Shown here piece after piece: positions 11,151 to 22,740 of a DNA stretch of 64,000 nucleotides. Each line of letters starts with the position of its first letter. Positions within the stretch are counted from its first letter, which is position 1. The position numbers were made by a program, and so were the translations under genes. This DNA comes from Perkinsela sp. CCAP 1560/9 (lineage: Eukaryota > Protista > Euglenozoa: Kinetoplastea): contig CBFFSA010000009.1 in NCBI GenBank assembly GCA_965644495.1, positions 682,001 to 746,000 on the forward strand, given 5' to 3'. The notes beneath the pieces are model-generated. The model was not told where the DNA came from and made no database searches. It worked only from the letters and a program-made list of their open reading frames with translations.

Positions 11151-12855
11151 GTTTCTGTACCTTGTTGAATTATTTCTCTTTTCTTTCCTATTGACTTTAC
11201 ATACGCCAATGAATGACCCTCGATCAGGGGGGAAGCTCTGGTGTTGTCACTGGCACACGTTTTGTCCCACATAACCCCGCCCACCGATTTTGCGCGAAAT
11301 GCTCGCCCAAATTCTCACAGCCCCCATTACATCCCACCATTCGCTCGTACCCTTCCGTCCAGCCACGCGCGGCGACGAACCCTCCAAGCCCACCCAGCAC
11401 TCAAAATCATGTGCTGCTTGCTCCGCCCCGTTCTTTCCCGCTAGGCCTTACTTCCGGTGGTGTGAGTCCTGCGCACTGTCTTGTTCAAACACTTCTCAGG
11501 GTCTCACTAAACCCTGCGAAGTGTGTTCGTCCCCTTTCAGCCCTAAACGCCCCTATTTCAATCGCTGTGATGCGTGCGACTTCGAATCCCCTCATGCCCC
11601 ACGAGATCACACCGGAACTCCGTCCTCGAAGCTTCCCCGATTTATGGGAACGTCAAAGCTCCCCTCACGCCCTCCTGCCAGAACTGCAACTTCCTTCGCT
11701 TCACACACCGAACGGCCGAAGAAAACATTCGTCCAAGCACTAAAGGGGGTAACGCGCAGTAACTACCCCTTCTCCTCTAGCGAAAGCGAAACCCCTACGG
11801 GAAAGACGAAACACATTCTTTCATTGGAGGAACGTTTTTCCCTGTTTGAGAAGCTAAATAAAGAATCACATTCCACTCTAAAGAGAAACCGGGTCCCTGA
11901 AAACGGTTTCATAGCGGACATAGAGCACGAGATCCGTTCAACCGAAAAAGAACTCTCCTTCGTTCAATTAGTCGCCCAGGAGCTCGTCTCCAGACACAAT
12001 CTCCTTCTCCAAAACCTTAACTCAAGACGCGAGTGGCATCTCGCTCTTGCCCGAAAGCTCTCCATTATAGAGAAAAAGGGACACGTTTGCAACACCTGTT
12101 CAAAGCAACTGATGGTTGCCGACCAACTGATTGAGCACAAGAAAGTACACCTTGAACACGACATCAAGGTTGCGTTTCGCAAAGCTATGGACGCCAAAAG
12201 AAGTATCCTGTTAGAGGAAAGCTCCGAGATTGTAGAGAAAGTAGAGACCTTCCACCGGGAACTTCAAGCCCTCACAAGAACGCCGTCTGCTAACTCGCCT
12301 TTTATGCAAAAGGCCGAGAGAAACATGAAGGAAACTGAATTGGAGGACTGGATCGGCCCGGGCTGGGATGACGATCTAGATGACGACAGCACCGTCGACG
12401 TTACAATTCGTCTCCTTCTTTGCCCATCGCCTGGGGAAAAGCTCACCTTCCCAGGTGTTCCGTCTCACACCCATCTGGATTCAGTTAGAGACAAGATCGC
12501 GCTCTGTTTGGGGCTCCGCAGTGAGCTCGTGACACTCGTTGATTCAGCAACCGGAGCCACTATGGATTTAACCGAGAAGCTCAGCAACATATCACCCCTA
12601 GTCACTTTAGGCACTGCTCTTCGGATACCTTACAACGCCGCAAAGTCGTCAGGAAACAGAGTCCTCATTTACGGATACCCGACAGGTGAGACGTCCATCA
12701 CTGTCCCCTCCAGCGTGCCTAATAACAAATTATCGGTTGCTATATGTTCACATTTAGGTATCGACCCAGAATTCGCCCCCGCGTGGTGCGAAGTGCCCTC
12801 CCCCTCAGGACCGCACTGGTGTTTCACGCCCAGCGAGAAGCTTATCGCGAACTCA

Positions 12856-13041
12856 GGGTGGAGCAAGACCCAGGTAGATATCGGTCTTTTACGAGGGGGA
12901 GTGGAGTGGAACCCAGGCCCTCCCCGCGTATTGCAAAACCTCACCTCGCCTGCCCTAGAGCTAGAGACCAGCACCGGGTGGACCCAAGCGAGCGTAAAAA
13001 ACGAACTCGTGCGAGGCGGAGTGGAACAGAATCCGGGACCC
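12856..13041 (+). other. Tandem 2A-like (StopGo) peptides
   Basis: GWSKTQVDIGLLRGGVEWNPGP and GWTQASVKNELVRGGVEQNPGP, in frame in ORF 11290-13371. Confidence 0.7.
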
Positions 13042-13964
13042 GATACCCCGTACTCTGCACGACGATCGCTTCTTCTCCATTCCAATAATCTCTCCGCAAC
13101 CACACTTCCCCTCTTCATGCCCACAGAATCTCGTGTTTGTCCCGCGGACGGATGCACTTGGAGGGCACAAGGGTCAACTTTGGGCGTCGGCTCTTTCCGA
13201 GGCGATGGCTGCCGCGGCGAAGGAAAACACTACTTGCGCTTTGACCCTCTTAGCGATGCTCCCGAAGTGCGTCCTCCCTACCCCTTATCGTGGGGGGCGC
13301 AAAGGACATACTTCGTACGCCAACCACGTTCTCAAGTGCCTAGAGCGTTGGCAAGCGCGCGAATACGCTGACCTATGGTATGATGCAATTTCCTCCTTCA
13401 ATAACAAGCAACATAGTTCTCCGAAAACCCTTCACAACGACGAGAAGCGAGCAGCCATTCGCGCAGAGCTCCCCGCACGACAAGGCGAATTTTCCCGGGG
13501 TATGGCAGCCCTTACGGCCTCTCCGATGGCGCCAGACAGCCCAGAAACCCTCTCAAAGCTTCGAAATAAACACCCTTGTCGCCTGCCCTGCCCCGTCTTT
13601 TTGACAGAATTCCTCGCCACCGAACCACCCCCAACGCGCTCTCACCCGTTGGTGGCTGGGAGCTGACGTCTACGTGGAATCTCGGCCCTGTCCTATGACC
13701 AAGTGTGCGCAGCCTCTCGGGCGCGAGGGGAACCATGCCCTGGTGTGTAAAAGTGGCTATGGCCTTATCTCCCGGCACAACGCGCTAGTGGAGCACTTCA
13801 TTACGGTGTGCAGTAAAACACATCTCGCTCCGCAACTTTAAAAGAGTCTTGGGAACCGCGGCCCTGGTGGCGGCCTCACGAGGCCAGGAGATGTCTTCCT
13901 TCCGAGCTCTGGCCTGGCGGCCGTTCTGGTGCTAGACTTCTGTGTTACCCACGTTCAGCAAACC

Positions 13965-14529
13965 ATAAAGATACAGTTTCTGTACCTTGTTGGTACATTT
14001 TGCTAGCCCTTCCTTTCTTTTTCCGGAAACGGGCATACATTTTCCTTTTAATGCCCGTTTCCGGCTGACGGCTAGCGGGAACTGTCCCTCTTTGTCGTGG
14101 AAGTAGGGGACGTACTTCCGACTTTTCACCCCTCCCCGGCTCACTCCTTGAGTGAGTTTTCTTCCCTCCCCGGCTTTCTTCTTCTCGCGCCTGTCTCTTC
14201 CCGGGAGCTATGCGCCATGGTGGCCTCCCTTGAGGACCACTGGGCGTGACTCTGCCTCGCATTATCGCGAGGCAGCGGTCGGTCGCAGTGCGCCCATCCG
14301 GCTGCGTAAAGAGGTGATGAGTTGCGTGGACCACCTCTACCGACTGGGACCGAGTCGGTTGCAGTACGCCCCTCCGGCTGCGTAAAGAGAGGCGAGTTGC
14401 CTGGACCTCTCTACCGACAGAGTCCGCGTCGAACCCCCTTTGGCGACATCCGTTGTGGGCGGATTATGTGCCGATGATATCGGCCGTCGCATTAAGGGGA
14501 TTATCTCTGCGCCAAAGAGCGCATGATAA
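13965..14529 (+). mobile_element. SL-headed non-coding SINE-like element inserted in the RLE domain
   Basis: Splits THVQQT|KYTD. Starts with SL 13965-13992 followed by GTAC, is rich in hairpins, and has a 3' end homologous to the HERO-like LINE. Confidence 0.8.
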
Positions 14530-14898
14530 ACAAGTACACGGACTTAGTCCGAGTTGCTAACGAGGGTAAGGAAGGATGCTTCGCCGAGTGGCACGCCACG
14601 GACCACAAAGTTTCGGAGCGCCTGGAAGCGGAAGCCGCCGGATGCAAGTTCACCGCCATGGCGGTAGAATCCTTCGGCTCCTGGTCGGACAGCGCGATGG
14701 GTAATCTCCGGAGGGTCGCGGAACACCGCTCAGCAACGTCCCAGGGGACGCAATCACCCAAGAAAGCGCTTCGTCTCCTGCTAACGGAGATGAATATTAC
14801 ACTGATGCGCTCCCAAGCGCGTATGCTGGTCACACGCATGCCCGCTGAAGACCTCTGCCCGTCGTTGTAGTAAGAAAAAGGGGATACGGGTAAGGTTT

Positions 14899-14990
14899 GT
14901 TGAAGTAAGTTGAAGTTGAAGTAAGTTGAAGTTGAAGTAAGTTGAAGTTGAAGTTGAAGTAAGTTGAAGTTGAAGTAAGTTGAAGTTGAA
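14899..14990 (+). repeat. (AAGTTG)/(AAGT) compound microsatellite in the 3' tail
   Basis: Visible tandem AAGTTG units with AAGT interruptions. Confidence 0.9.
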
Positions 14991-17805
14991 AAAACATATC
15001 TTTAACGATAAAGATACAGTTTCTGTACCTTGTTGAATTATTTTCTTTTCTTTATCTCACTCTTACGTCCCATGGTTGTCTTAACTCGATCTAAGGCTAA
15101 GCAGGTCTCGAACTTCGAACGCGAGGTGAACGCACACACACTCGGCTGCTGGGATCAATTCGACGCAAACAAAGACCTCGTTAAAGGCACGAGTACGTAC
15201 AATGAAGACCTATACACTACACCCCTCCCACCTAATCCTTCAGCTGAATCTTTACGGCGAGCCGACGCGATGGTACTCAGCATCGCGAACTCTAGGGAAG
15301 GTGAGACCCCAGATACAGGGCGCCAGAAGACAAACACGGAAGAGGAACTTTTCTCCAGTGTCCGTCCGACTGAGGACTTCAAATTCCAATTTGCGGGGGC
15401 AGAATCTTCTTCACTCAGCCTATCAAAAACCAAAAATAAGGCTGTGAAGGGGAAGTGCGAACGCCATATCCGGAGGTCACACGACAACGAATACGATTAT
15501 GAAAAAAGGATATTGCTCTTCCCCGATCTCACTCCTGAAGACCTCACCGTCTCTGTGAACGGATGCAGAAAAGGACGGAAAAAGAAGAAGCGCCCCAAGG
15601 GTATCGCTCTATCTCAGCTGAGCAATGAGTCCGGGGCCGACAGCGAAGACCGTGACAACACAGAGCCCAGTACGAATTCACCCGGACCACGCACTCCTGC
15701 ACTCGAATGTGTTAACAGTCTGGCTGAAGAATTGCTTCACAAGGAACAGAACCCGCACTCATCCATGGGTAAACGTAAGCGCCCCCAGCAGGTGTCGAAA
15801 CCTGGGTCATGCGACTCCATGAAAGACGAGAAACTTACGCAAACCCCAAAGACGACACGTGGAAATACACTTATCGACAATGAAAAGACACGGGAATGTC
15901 CTTTCAAGGGATGTACATGGAAAGCAGTGTCTCACGGGGGCCAATGGCAAGCTTTTTATAACCACGTGGCCCACAGACATAGGGACGAGGTTCCTGATAC
16001 CTAGTGGAACGAGGAGGGGCGTTTCCGATGCACCGATTGTAACAAACATTACCACTTAAGCCAGCAGGGGTTTCATGCCGAAAATTGCCCTTTCCGCCGC
16101 TCTTCTCCCTCATCCTTCGCCGCACCTCCCCAGGTAGTGTGCAACTCGGGAAGCCACAATAAAGTGCAAACCGTCGACGGACCCCTGCCGCCCCTGGCAT
16201 CCATATGCTCTTTGCCGATCAACACATCTAAAGATATTCCCAATAGATGTCGGCAGGAGTGGGCGAAAGTCTTCTGCGAGTGTCTCTCTTCCGCCGTACG
16301 AGAAAATACCATCGAAGCCTGGACTCTTCTTGCCATGCTACCGAAGTGCGTGTTACCGGCACCTCATCGTGGGGGGAACAGAGCAAAATTGTCGTATGCC
16401 TCACATGTTCGGAAATGTCTCGCCCGGTGGACGCGGAACGAATTTCTATCTCTTTGGAACGAAGCAAAATCGAGCCTCCAAAGTAAAAAACGCACAGCAC
16501 AAGCACAGAGCCCCGAAGACGAAGAGAAAAAAGCAGCCCTACGAGCTGAGAGACTTGTCCGCGATCGCGAACTTTCCCGGGCCATGACCGCACTAACTTC
16601 TGCGCCACTGGCCCCGGATGACGATGACACATACGCCAAGCTCCAAGCGAAGCATCCGGCCCGATTAGCCGCATCGTCCACAACACTCAATTCCACACCG
16701 GAAGTAGACGTAAAACCTCTCAAAGCAACGGAGGAAGAAGTAGCGGCGGCTCTTAAAACCTTTCACCGGGGATCATCAGGTGGTGCCTTTGGCCTGCGTC
16801 CTGAGCACTTGCAAGCATCTCTTGAGTACCACAATGACGCTTATACGGACCCATTGGGCACTGACAAAATTCACGAACCACATGCTTGCGGGACACATGC
16901 CACTCGAAGTCCAGTGCTACTTTGCCGGAGGCCGCCTATGCGCTTTGAAGAAAGGGGACCGCGACGGGCGCCCAATAGCCGCAGGAGAGACGCTTCGCCG
17001 CCTGGTGAGCAAAGTCGCTTGTTTCTCCGCCAAAACAAGAGCACGTAAACTTTTCAAAGGACACCAATACGGTGTAGCAACGCCAGCCGGATCTGAGCGT
17101 GTTATTCATCTCTGCAGACAGACCTTTGCCTAGCACGTCGACGACGCCGACTTCGTTTTATGCAAAATAGATCTTAAAAACGCATTTAACCGCGTCTCAC
17201 GCGACTGGATCACCGCCTTGACCCGCGAACATTTTCCCGCCCTTAGCTACTACGTAGATTGGTGCTACTCTTCAGAGAGTTCACTTCCTTTCGGCACACG
17301 CACCATTTCGCCATCTGAAGGAGTTCAACAAGGCAACCCCTTAGGTCCTCTACTCTTCTCCCTGGTCTTACGAGAAGTCGCGGCTGAAATTCACACGGTA
17401 GCTCCCAAGCTGGATTTAAATCTTTGGTACCTGGACGACGGCGCTCCGGCTGGCTCATCGTGTGATGTGCGACATGCTTTCGATGTATTAGAAATGAAGG
17501 GCCCGCAATGGGGTTTACACCTCAACGCAGCAAAATGTCAATTAGCCGCTCATCCCTCATCCTCTCATCGTTCTTCTGTTTTCCCCGACCTCCCCGATCA
17601 GAATAAGAATATGGAGGGTAATTTCGATATTTTAGGTAGTCCATTGGGGTCTGCTGAATTCTGCCACAAATTCCTCCTTGACAACGCCCTCGAAATAGCA
17701 AAAGAATCGCTCTTAGCCATTACTCAAATCGAGGACCATCAGGTAGCTCTTTGTCTCATCCGGCACTGCACCGGGTTTTGCCAAATGGTTTACGCACTCC
17801 GTTCG

Positions 17806-20800
17806 CGTTAGCGTTGGAACCTTAAATGTAACTACTCTGAAGCTGAAGGGTGAGGATGAGTTTAGTGTACGAAAGTGTGGGCACCTTTATGAAGTAATTA
17901 ATTTTATGGATACGAAGGGAATACATATCTTAGGCTTACAGGAAACGGGGTACAGATTTTCTCCTTCCGAAAAATTGGATGTACTCTACCGCAAAGTGCG
18001 CTACCGGAATACGGATTATCACTTAAACCTCGTTACAGCACGGGCAAGGGATGCATACAATGGTATGGGTTTCGTCAGCACTCTTCCTTTGACTAAGGTT
18101 TCTAAGATCAGTGAAAGGATAATGTCTGGGGAATTTGAGATGGAGGATGGAGTCGATACAGTTGTCAACGTTTATTCTCCTACAAGGGACGCGTCAGACG
18201 TCGAGATAAAAAAGTTTTATGGTGAATTAGAGCGTTGTTGTCTGGTAGTGCGAGAAAACAATTCACGTCGTCCTCTCATAGTCATAGGAGACTTCAACGC
18301 ACCGCTAACGCACATAACTAATAAGGAACAGGATCCACTTGCAGCCGCACGACTCAAAGGTCTATCATGTTCCATAGATTGCAAATCTGCACATAGCCTT
18401 TGCCCAAGCAGCCGGAAGTGGACGTGTGAATTACCGAACAAAGCTCTGAGGCAATTAGATCACATTTTCATTTGTAGCAGATTCGCATCGGCAATTCAAA
18501 GACACAAAGTGATTAAAGCACCTATTCCTACCACTCATTGTTGTGGCATTGCGAGTATCAGGATAAAGTGGCGAGTTACTGCCCATAAATCGAATAATAG
18601 TCAGCTTTCGTGGTTTCTTCTTCGAAACAGTGATATTAGAACGGAATTCGTCAAAAACGTTCACTGTCAGCGCTTAGCGAATGCTGAGTCAGGAGCGACA
18701 TGGGGAGAACTTGCAAAATGTATGGTGAGTGCTGTGAAAACTTTTAAAAAACCTTCGAAACGAACCGCGAATAAGGAATCGGTAAAGGACTTTAAGATAC
18801 ACGACTTGCGCGGTTTATATCAAAAAAGCAGAAATAAAACCACATTCAATGCGCTATTAAAAGAGCATAAGGAAGAAATTGAAGAAACTATTTCAAACGA
18901 ATGCGTCGAGATTGAAAATCAACTTCGTAAAAATCATGCGAATCCGTGGAGAACTATTCGACAAATTTGTGGGCGGTATAGAGACACATTTAACACAAGC
19001 GGGGGCTCACGAAACAAGAAGCTGCAAGAAATTCGAAATCACTTCATGCGGTTCAGTGGTTATGACTCGGGAAATACGGATATTAGCTTCGAGATGCTTC
19101 CGCCACCGCTCGTTCCAATTTCAGACGAACCATTTTCGGGCGAGGAATTGGTCACTTCTTTGTCTCATTTCAAGAAAGGAAAAACTCCAGGAAGTGACGG
19201 GATACCAATGGAAGCCATACAGGCAATATCAGGGCACCCAGATCTCAGATTACAACTCCTAGAAATCATAAAACAAGTCCATGCAACGGGGGTTACTGAG
19301 GAAGCTTGGCGAATCACGCTACAGATTTTCCCATTCCAAAAAAGGGAGATTTAACAAAGATCGAAAATTGGAGGCCCATATGCGTGGTAAACAGTATAGT
19401 GAAACTTATGAACCATATTATGATACTTTCCCGCATTAGGCCTAGCATAGAAAAATCTCTTCGGGATAACCAATATGGTTTTCGACCCAACCGAGCTACT
19501 GTAGGCGCCCAGATCATCATGAACGAAGTCAAAACTAAAGCATTCAGAGGAGAAGGCCTTTCGGTAGCCTTCATAGATTTCGCGAAAGCTTTTCCCTCGG
19601 TTTCCTTCGCAGCGATAAAAGCTAGCTTAGATGCATTCCGTGTGGGACCTTGTCTATCCAGAACTATCATGTCAATATACAGTAATTTGAAAGGCACCGT
19701 TCGAACTCAGCTTGGCACTACCAAACCTTTCCCTATTGCAACGGGCATACTTCAAGGCGACGTCTTAGCGCCTTATCTTTTTGTAATGGTATTGGATCGT
19801 ATTTTGAACAAAGCACTAGACGACAATTCCGACGGTGTTCTTTTAAGTTCGAGAGGTACTAGGAAAAGGGGTCTTTATGAAAAACGCCTCACTGATATTG
19901 ACTATGCAGACGATATAGCATTGTTTAGCGACACAAAAAGCGGATTAAGCAATATGATAGACAGTGTAGCCACAGAAGCCAGCAAAGCAAATCTACAGTT
20001 AGCCGTTGGTGTAACGAAGACAGCCTGGCTAACGTTCGGAAAATCAACAAAGAACAGTGACAACATTCAAAGCAATGTTGTCGGGAGCATTCCGAAAGTT
20101 CAAACATACAAACACTTAGGGCATCACCGGGAAAACGACTTTACATCAACAATGAAGGAACGTTTAAAGTTAGCTTGGGGTTCTCTTTTTCGTTTGAACG
20201 GGATTTGGTCGTCGCCTTTGAGTGCAGGGACAAAGCTCAGACTATACGATTCCCTTGTTTATCCGGTGTTAAATTTCGGAACGGGGGCCCTCTCAATATC
20301 GCAAACAATGCTCCGACGAATTGACGTTGAGGTAAATAATATGAGGAGAATTGCATGTCAATGCGACAAATTGGATGAATTTGGGATGTGTTACCCGAAT
20401 GCATCTTTATGTCTTGGCACGGAGAAATTTTCAACAATTCACAGGGTACAAAGAGAAAAGCTTGTTGGACACATGCTTCGTCACTCATCTGATTTCCAAG
20501 AGCTCGTCAAGTGGAAACAGCGGACCAACGCACGACAACCTTCCCCAAGCGAGGCTTGCTTGAAGGATTTGGGCATCACCCTTGAACAAGCCTTGGTGTA
20601 TGCAACTGACCGCGAACATTGGTATCAACTAACCGAAAAGTTGCGAAGAGAGCTCGAGCCTATTATTCAATATGAAAAGTGCGGGTCCGTTAGATGGAAA
20701 AATGCCCTGGCAAGGGCGAAAAAACACAAAAGTCCTTCCGAGTTACAATTCGTTGAGGAGTCAGACATCCCTTTTCCAGCATATAAAACTGTGCAAATTT

Positions 20801-21416
20801 ATACAGACGGTTCAGTATTGCCGATGCGGGGCACGGATGAAATTCGAAGCGGTATCGGAGTTGTAGTATTAAAACCTAGATTAAAACCTCTACGAATATC
20901 TGTGACTCTGGAATCTGAAACAATTGAACGAGTCGAAGTAATCAGCTCCCGGAAAAACCTTGCGCATGTCTTTTTCATACAGATTCGTACTATCTTTGGG
21001 AATTTTTTCACATTCTTCGTCATCAGAGGCGCATTGTTGGATACAAGGGGATCACAAACGGAGATTTATTTTATGAACTTGACAGAAAACTCCGTGAACT
21101 AAAACATGAATCATTTTCAATTTTTATATGCAAGGTAAAGAGTCATTGTGGGAACAAATGGAATGAGGAGGCGGATGGGTTGGCACTCATGGCAGCACGA
21201 AAAATATCTCGACCTCCTGTACAGAAAAGGAGAAAGACAACTGAAGACACCGAGGAGTCTCAGACAGACAAATCTTTGCAAAAACTGATTAAAAATAGAG
21301 CCTTAGAAAAGGGAAAGGCGAAAACTTTGCCAGCACCCAAGCGCGGGGCTGAGGCAAAAGGGAGACCCCGAGGGAAAGTAGCGAGAACTGGTGGCAAGAG
21401 GAAGCCCTCTGAGTAG
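17806..21416 (+). pseudogene. APE endonuclease-RT-RNase H polyprotein, frameshifted
   Basis: GLQET, NVYSPT, GDFNA, LDHIF. GKTPGSDGIP, WRPI, NQYGFRPNR, FIDFAKAF, LQGDVLAPYLF, YADD. IYTDGS, plus a KVKSH..NKWNEEAD segment near 21135-21180. Confidence 0.88.
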
Positions 21417-21521
21417 GTGTGATAAGACGGAAGTGTTCTCCGCTGGTAGGCCTGGGGTACCCTGAGGAATATTTGTAAGATTAACGAAAGGTAATGCGTG
21501 TTTTCAGGAGTAGTACACATA

Positions 21522-22263
21522 CAGGGGGGTAAATTGGATGCTGCGGGGGCTCTAAAAATTGCAAAACCTTTCCAATTTTGGAAAATGATAGCGCATTTGA
21601 GAGCTCTCGCAGAGTTCTATGTTTTAGAAAAGGCAGTTTCCCGGGGTATAGGGGGATGTTCAACTGACAAGAAGCCCAAAAACGTCAAAATGCAAAAATT
21701 GTGAGAAGTGTTTTAGATGACTAATAATTACAACTTTCTCCTTTTTTTTCTACTACCATGTCGAAACGCCGCGGCATGCTGTTTAAAGTGTTAATGAGCA
21801 TTTCATGACCATCTGTTTTAATGTAATCAACCGCTCTTTCAATAGAAAACAAAAGTTCAGTCCTATTTTCTGGATTTGTACCTTTTTTAATAAAGGCATC
21901 CATAATTTCCCAATTGTTTTCAATGGGGTTAAGATCTGGGGATTTTGGGGGAAAGTCCAAAACAACGAGATCTATCGGAGAGAGATCCTTTGTTCTGCAT
22001 AGAACGGGATCGCTTTCGCGGCATAAAACTGAGACGAAATGGAGAAAAAACGAAAAAATGAGCAAATTTGGGAAAAACTGCAAATTTTAGAGGGGAAAAA
22101 AAACTTTAAAAGAAATGCCATAAACACAAATGCTTTCTTTTGGGGGTGAAAATAGCGCAAAAACATAGAACTCTGCGAGAGCTCTCGAATGCGCTATCAT
22201 TTTCCAAAATTAGAAGGGTTTTGCAATTTTTTGACCCCCCGCAGGATCTGATTTACCCCCCTG
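21522..22263 (-). mobile_element. Internally deleted Tc1/IS630-like DNA transposon with ~105 bp TIRs
   Basis: CAGGGGGGTAAAT... at the left end and ...ATTTACCCCCCTG at the right. Transposase C-terminus PPKSPDLNPIENNW (21721-22083, minus). TA on the left flank. Confidence 0.85.
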
Positions 22264-22267
22264 TGTT

Positions 22268-22740
22268 TTATCATGCACTTATAGTGCAGAGATTTGCTCA
22301 CCATGTCCTTATCCCGCATACGACGGGTGGATCATGTGAGGTTTCGTCCTCGCCGGAGGTGTGCGGGTGCGGAGAGCTGGCGTCCCAGGTGCAGAGAGCT
22401 CGGTTGTCATGTGCAGGTGCAGAGAGCCGGATGCGTAATCCCCATATTACAGTTTCGGGGGCAATCCGGGTGCAGAGAGCTGCGACAGAGCCGAGGTGCG
22501 GAGAGCTGGACGACCGCCAGGTGCAGAGAGCCGAGTCTCGTCGGCGGAGGACACGTCTAGTGGTCCTCAAGGGAGGCCACCGTGACGCATGGCCCTCTCG
22601 GAGAGGAAAAAGACAAGTCGAAAAAAAGCCGAGAGGGGGAAGCACACTCACTCCAGGGGAGTGAGTCGGGGAGGGGTGAAGTGGTGAAAGCGCGTCCCCT
22701 CTGAATTTGGAGGTGGAAGAGTATAAGTTTGAGGGAACAA
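22268..22740 (-). mobile_element. Second member of the non-coding SINE-like family
   Basis: Shares the head (TTCACCCCTCCCCG.CTCACTCC..GAGTGAGT, GGTGGCCTCCCTTGAGGACCACT) and the 3' ATCTCTGC..hairpin..TGATAA with 13965-14529. No SL seen at its 5' end. Confidence 0.75.

Larger units (their letters stand above)
11149..14995 (+). mobile_element. CRE-like element family A, copy 1 (ZnF, UBL-like, 2A-2A, pol remnant; RT deleted)
   Basis: SL fragment 11149-11167, ATG 11209 with a frameshift, ORF 11290-13371, pre-RT piece 13133-13640. RLE part RWWLG..RHNAL..RPGDVF..LDFCVTH..AVESFGSW ends at 14870. Repeat/A tail follows. Confidence 0.85.

Noticed and set aside
13965-14080. Functional SL RNA gene
   Set aside because: The exon is 5'-truncated, there is no upstream promoter context, and it sits within an insertion splitting a coding region.
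22365-22545. Mini CRISPR-like repeat-spacer array
   Set aside because: The repeat is only 12 nt, spacer lengths are irregular, and it lies inside a SINE-like element.
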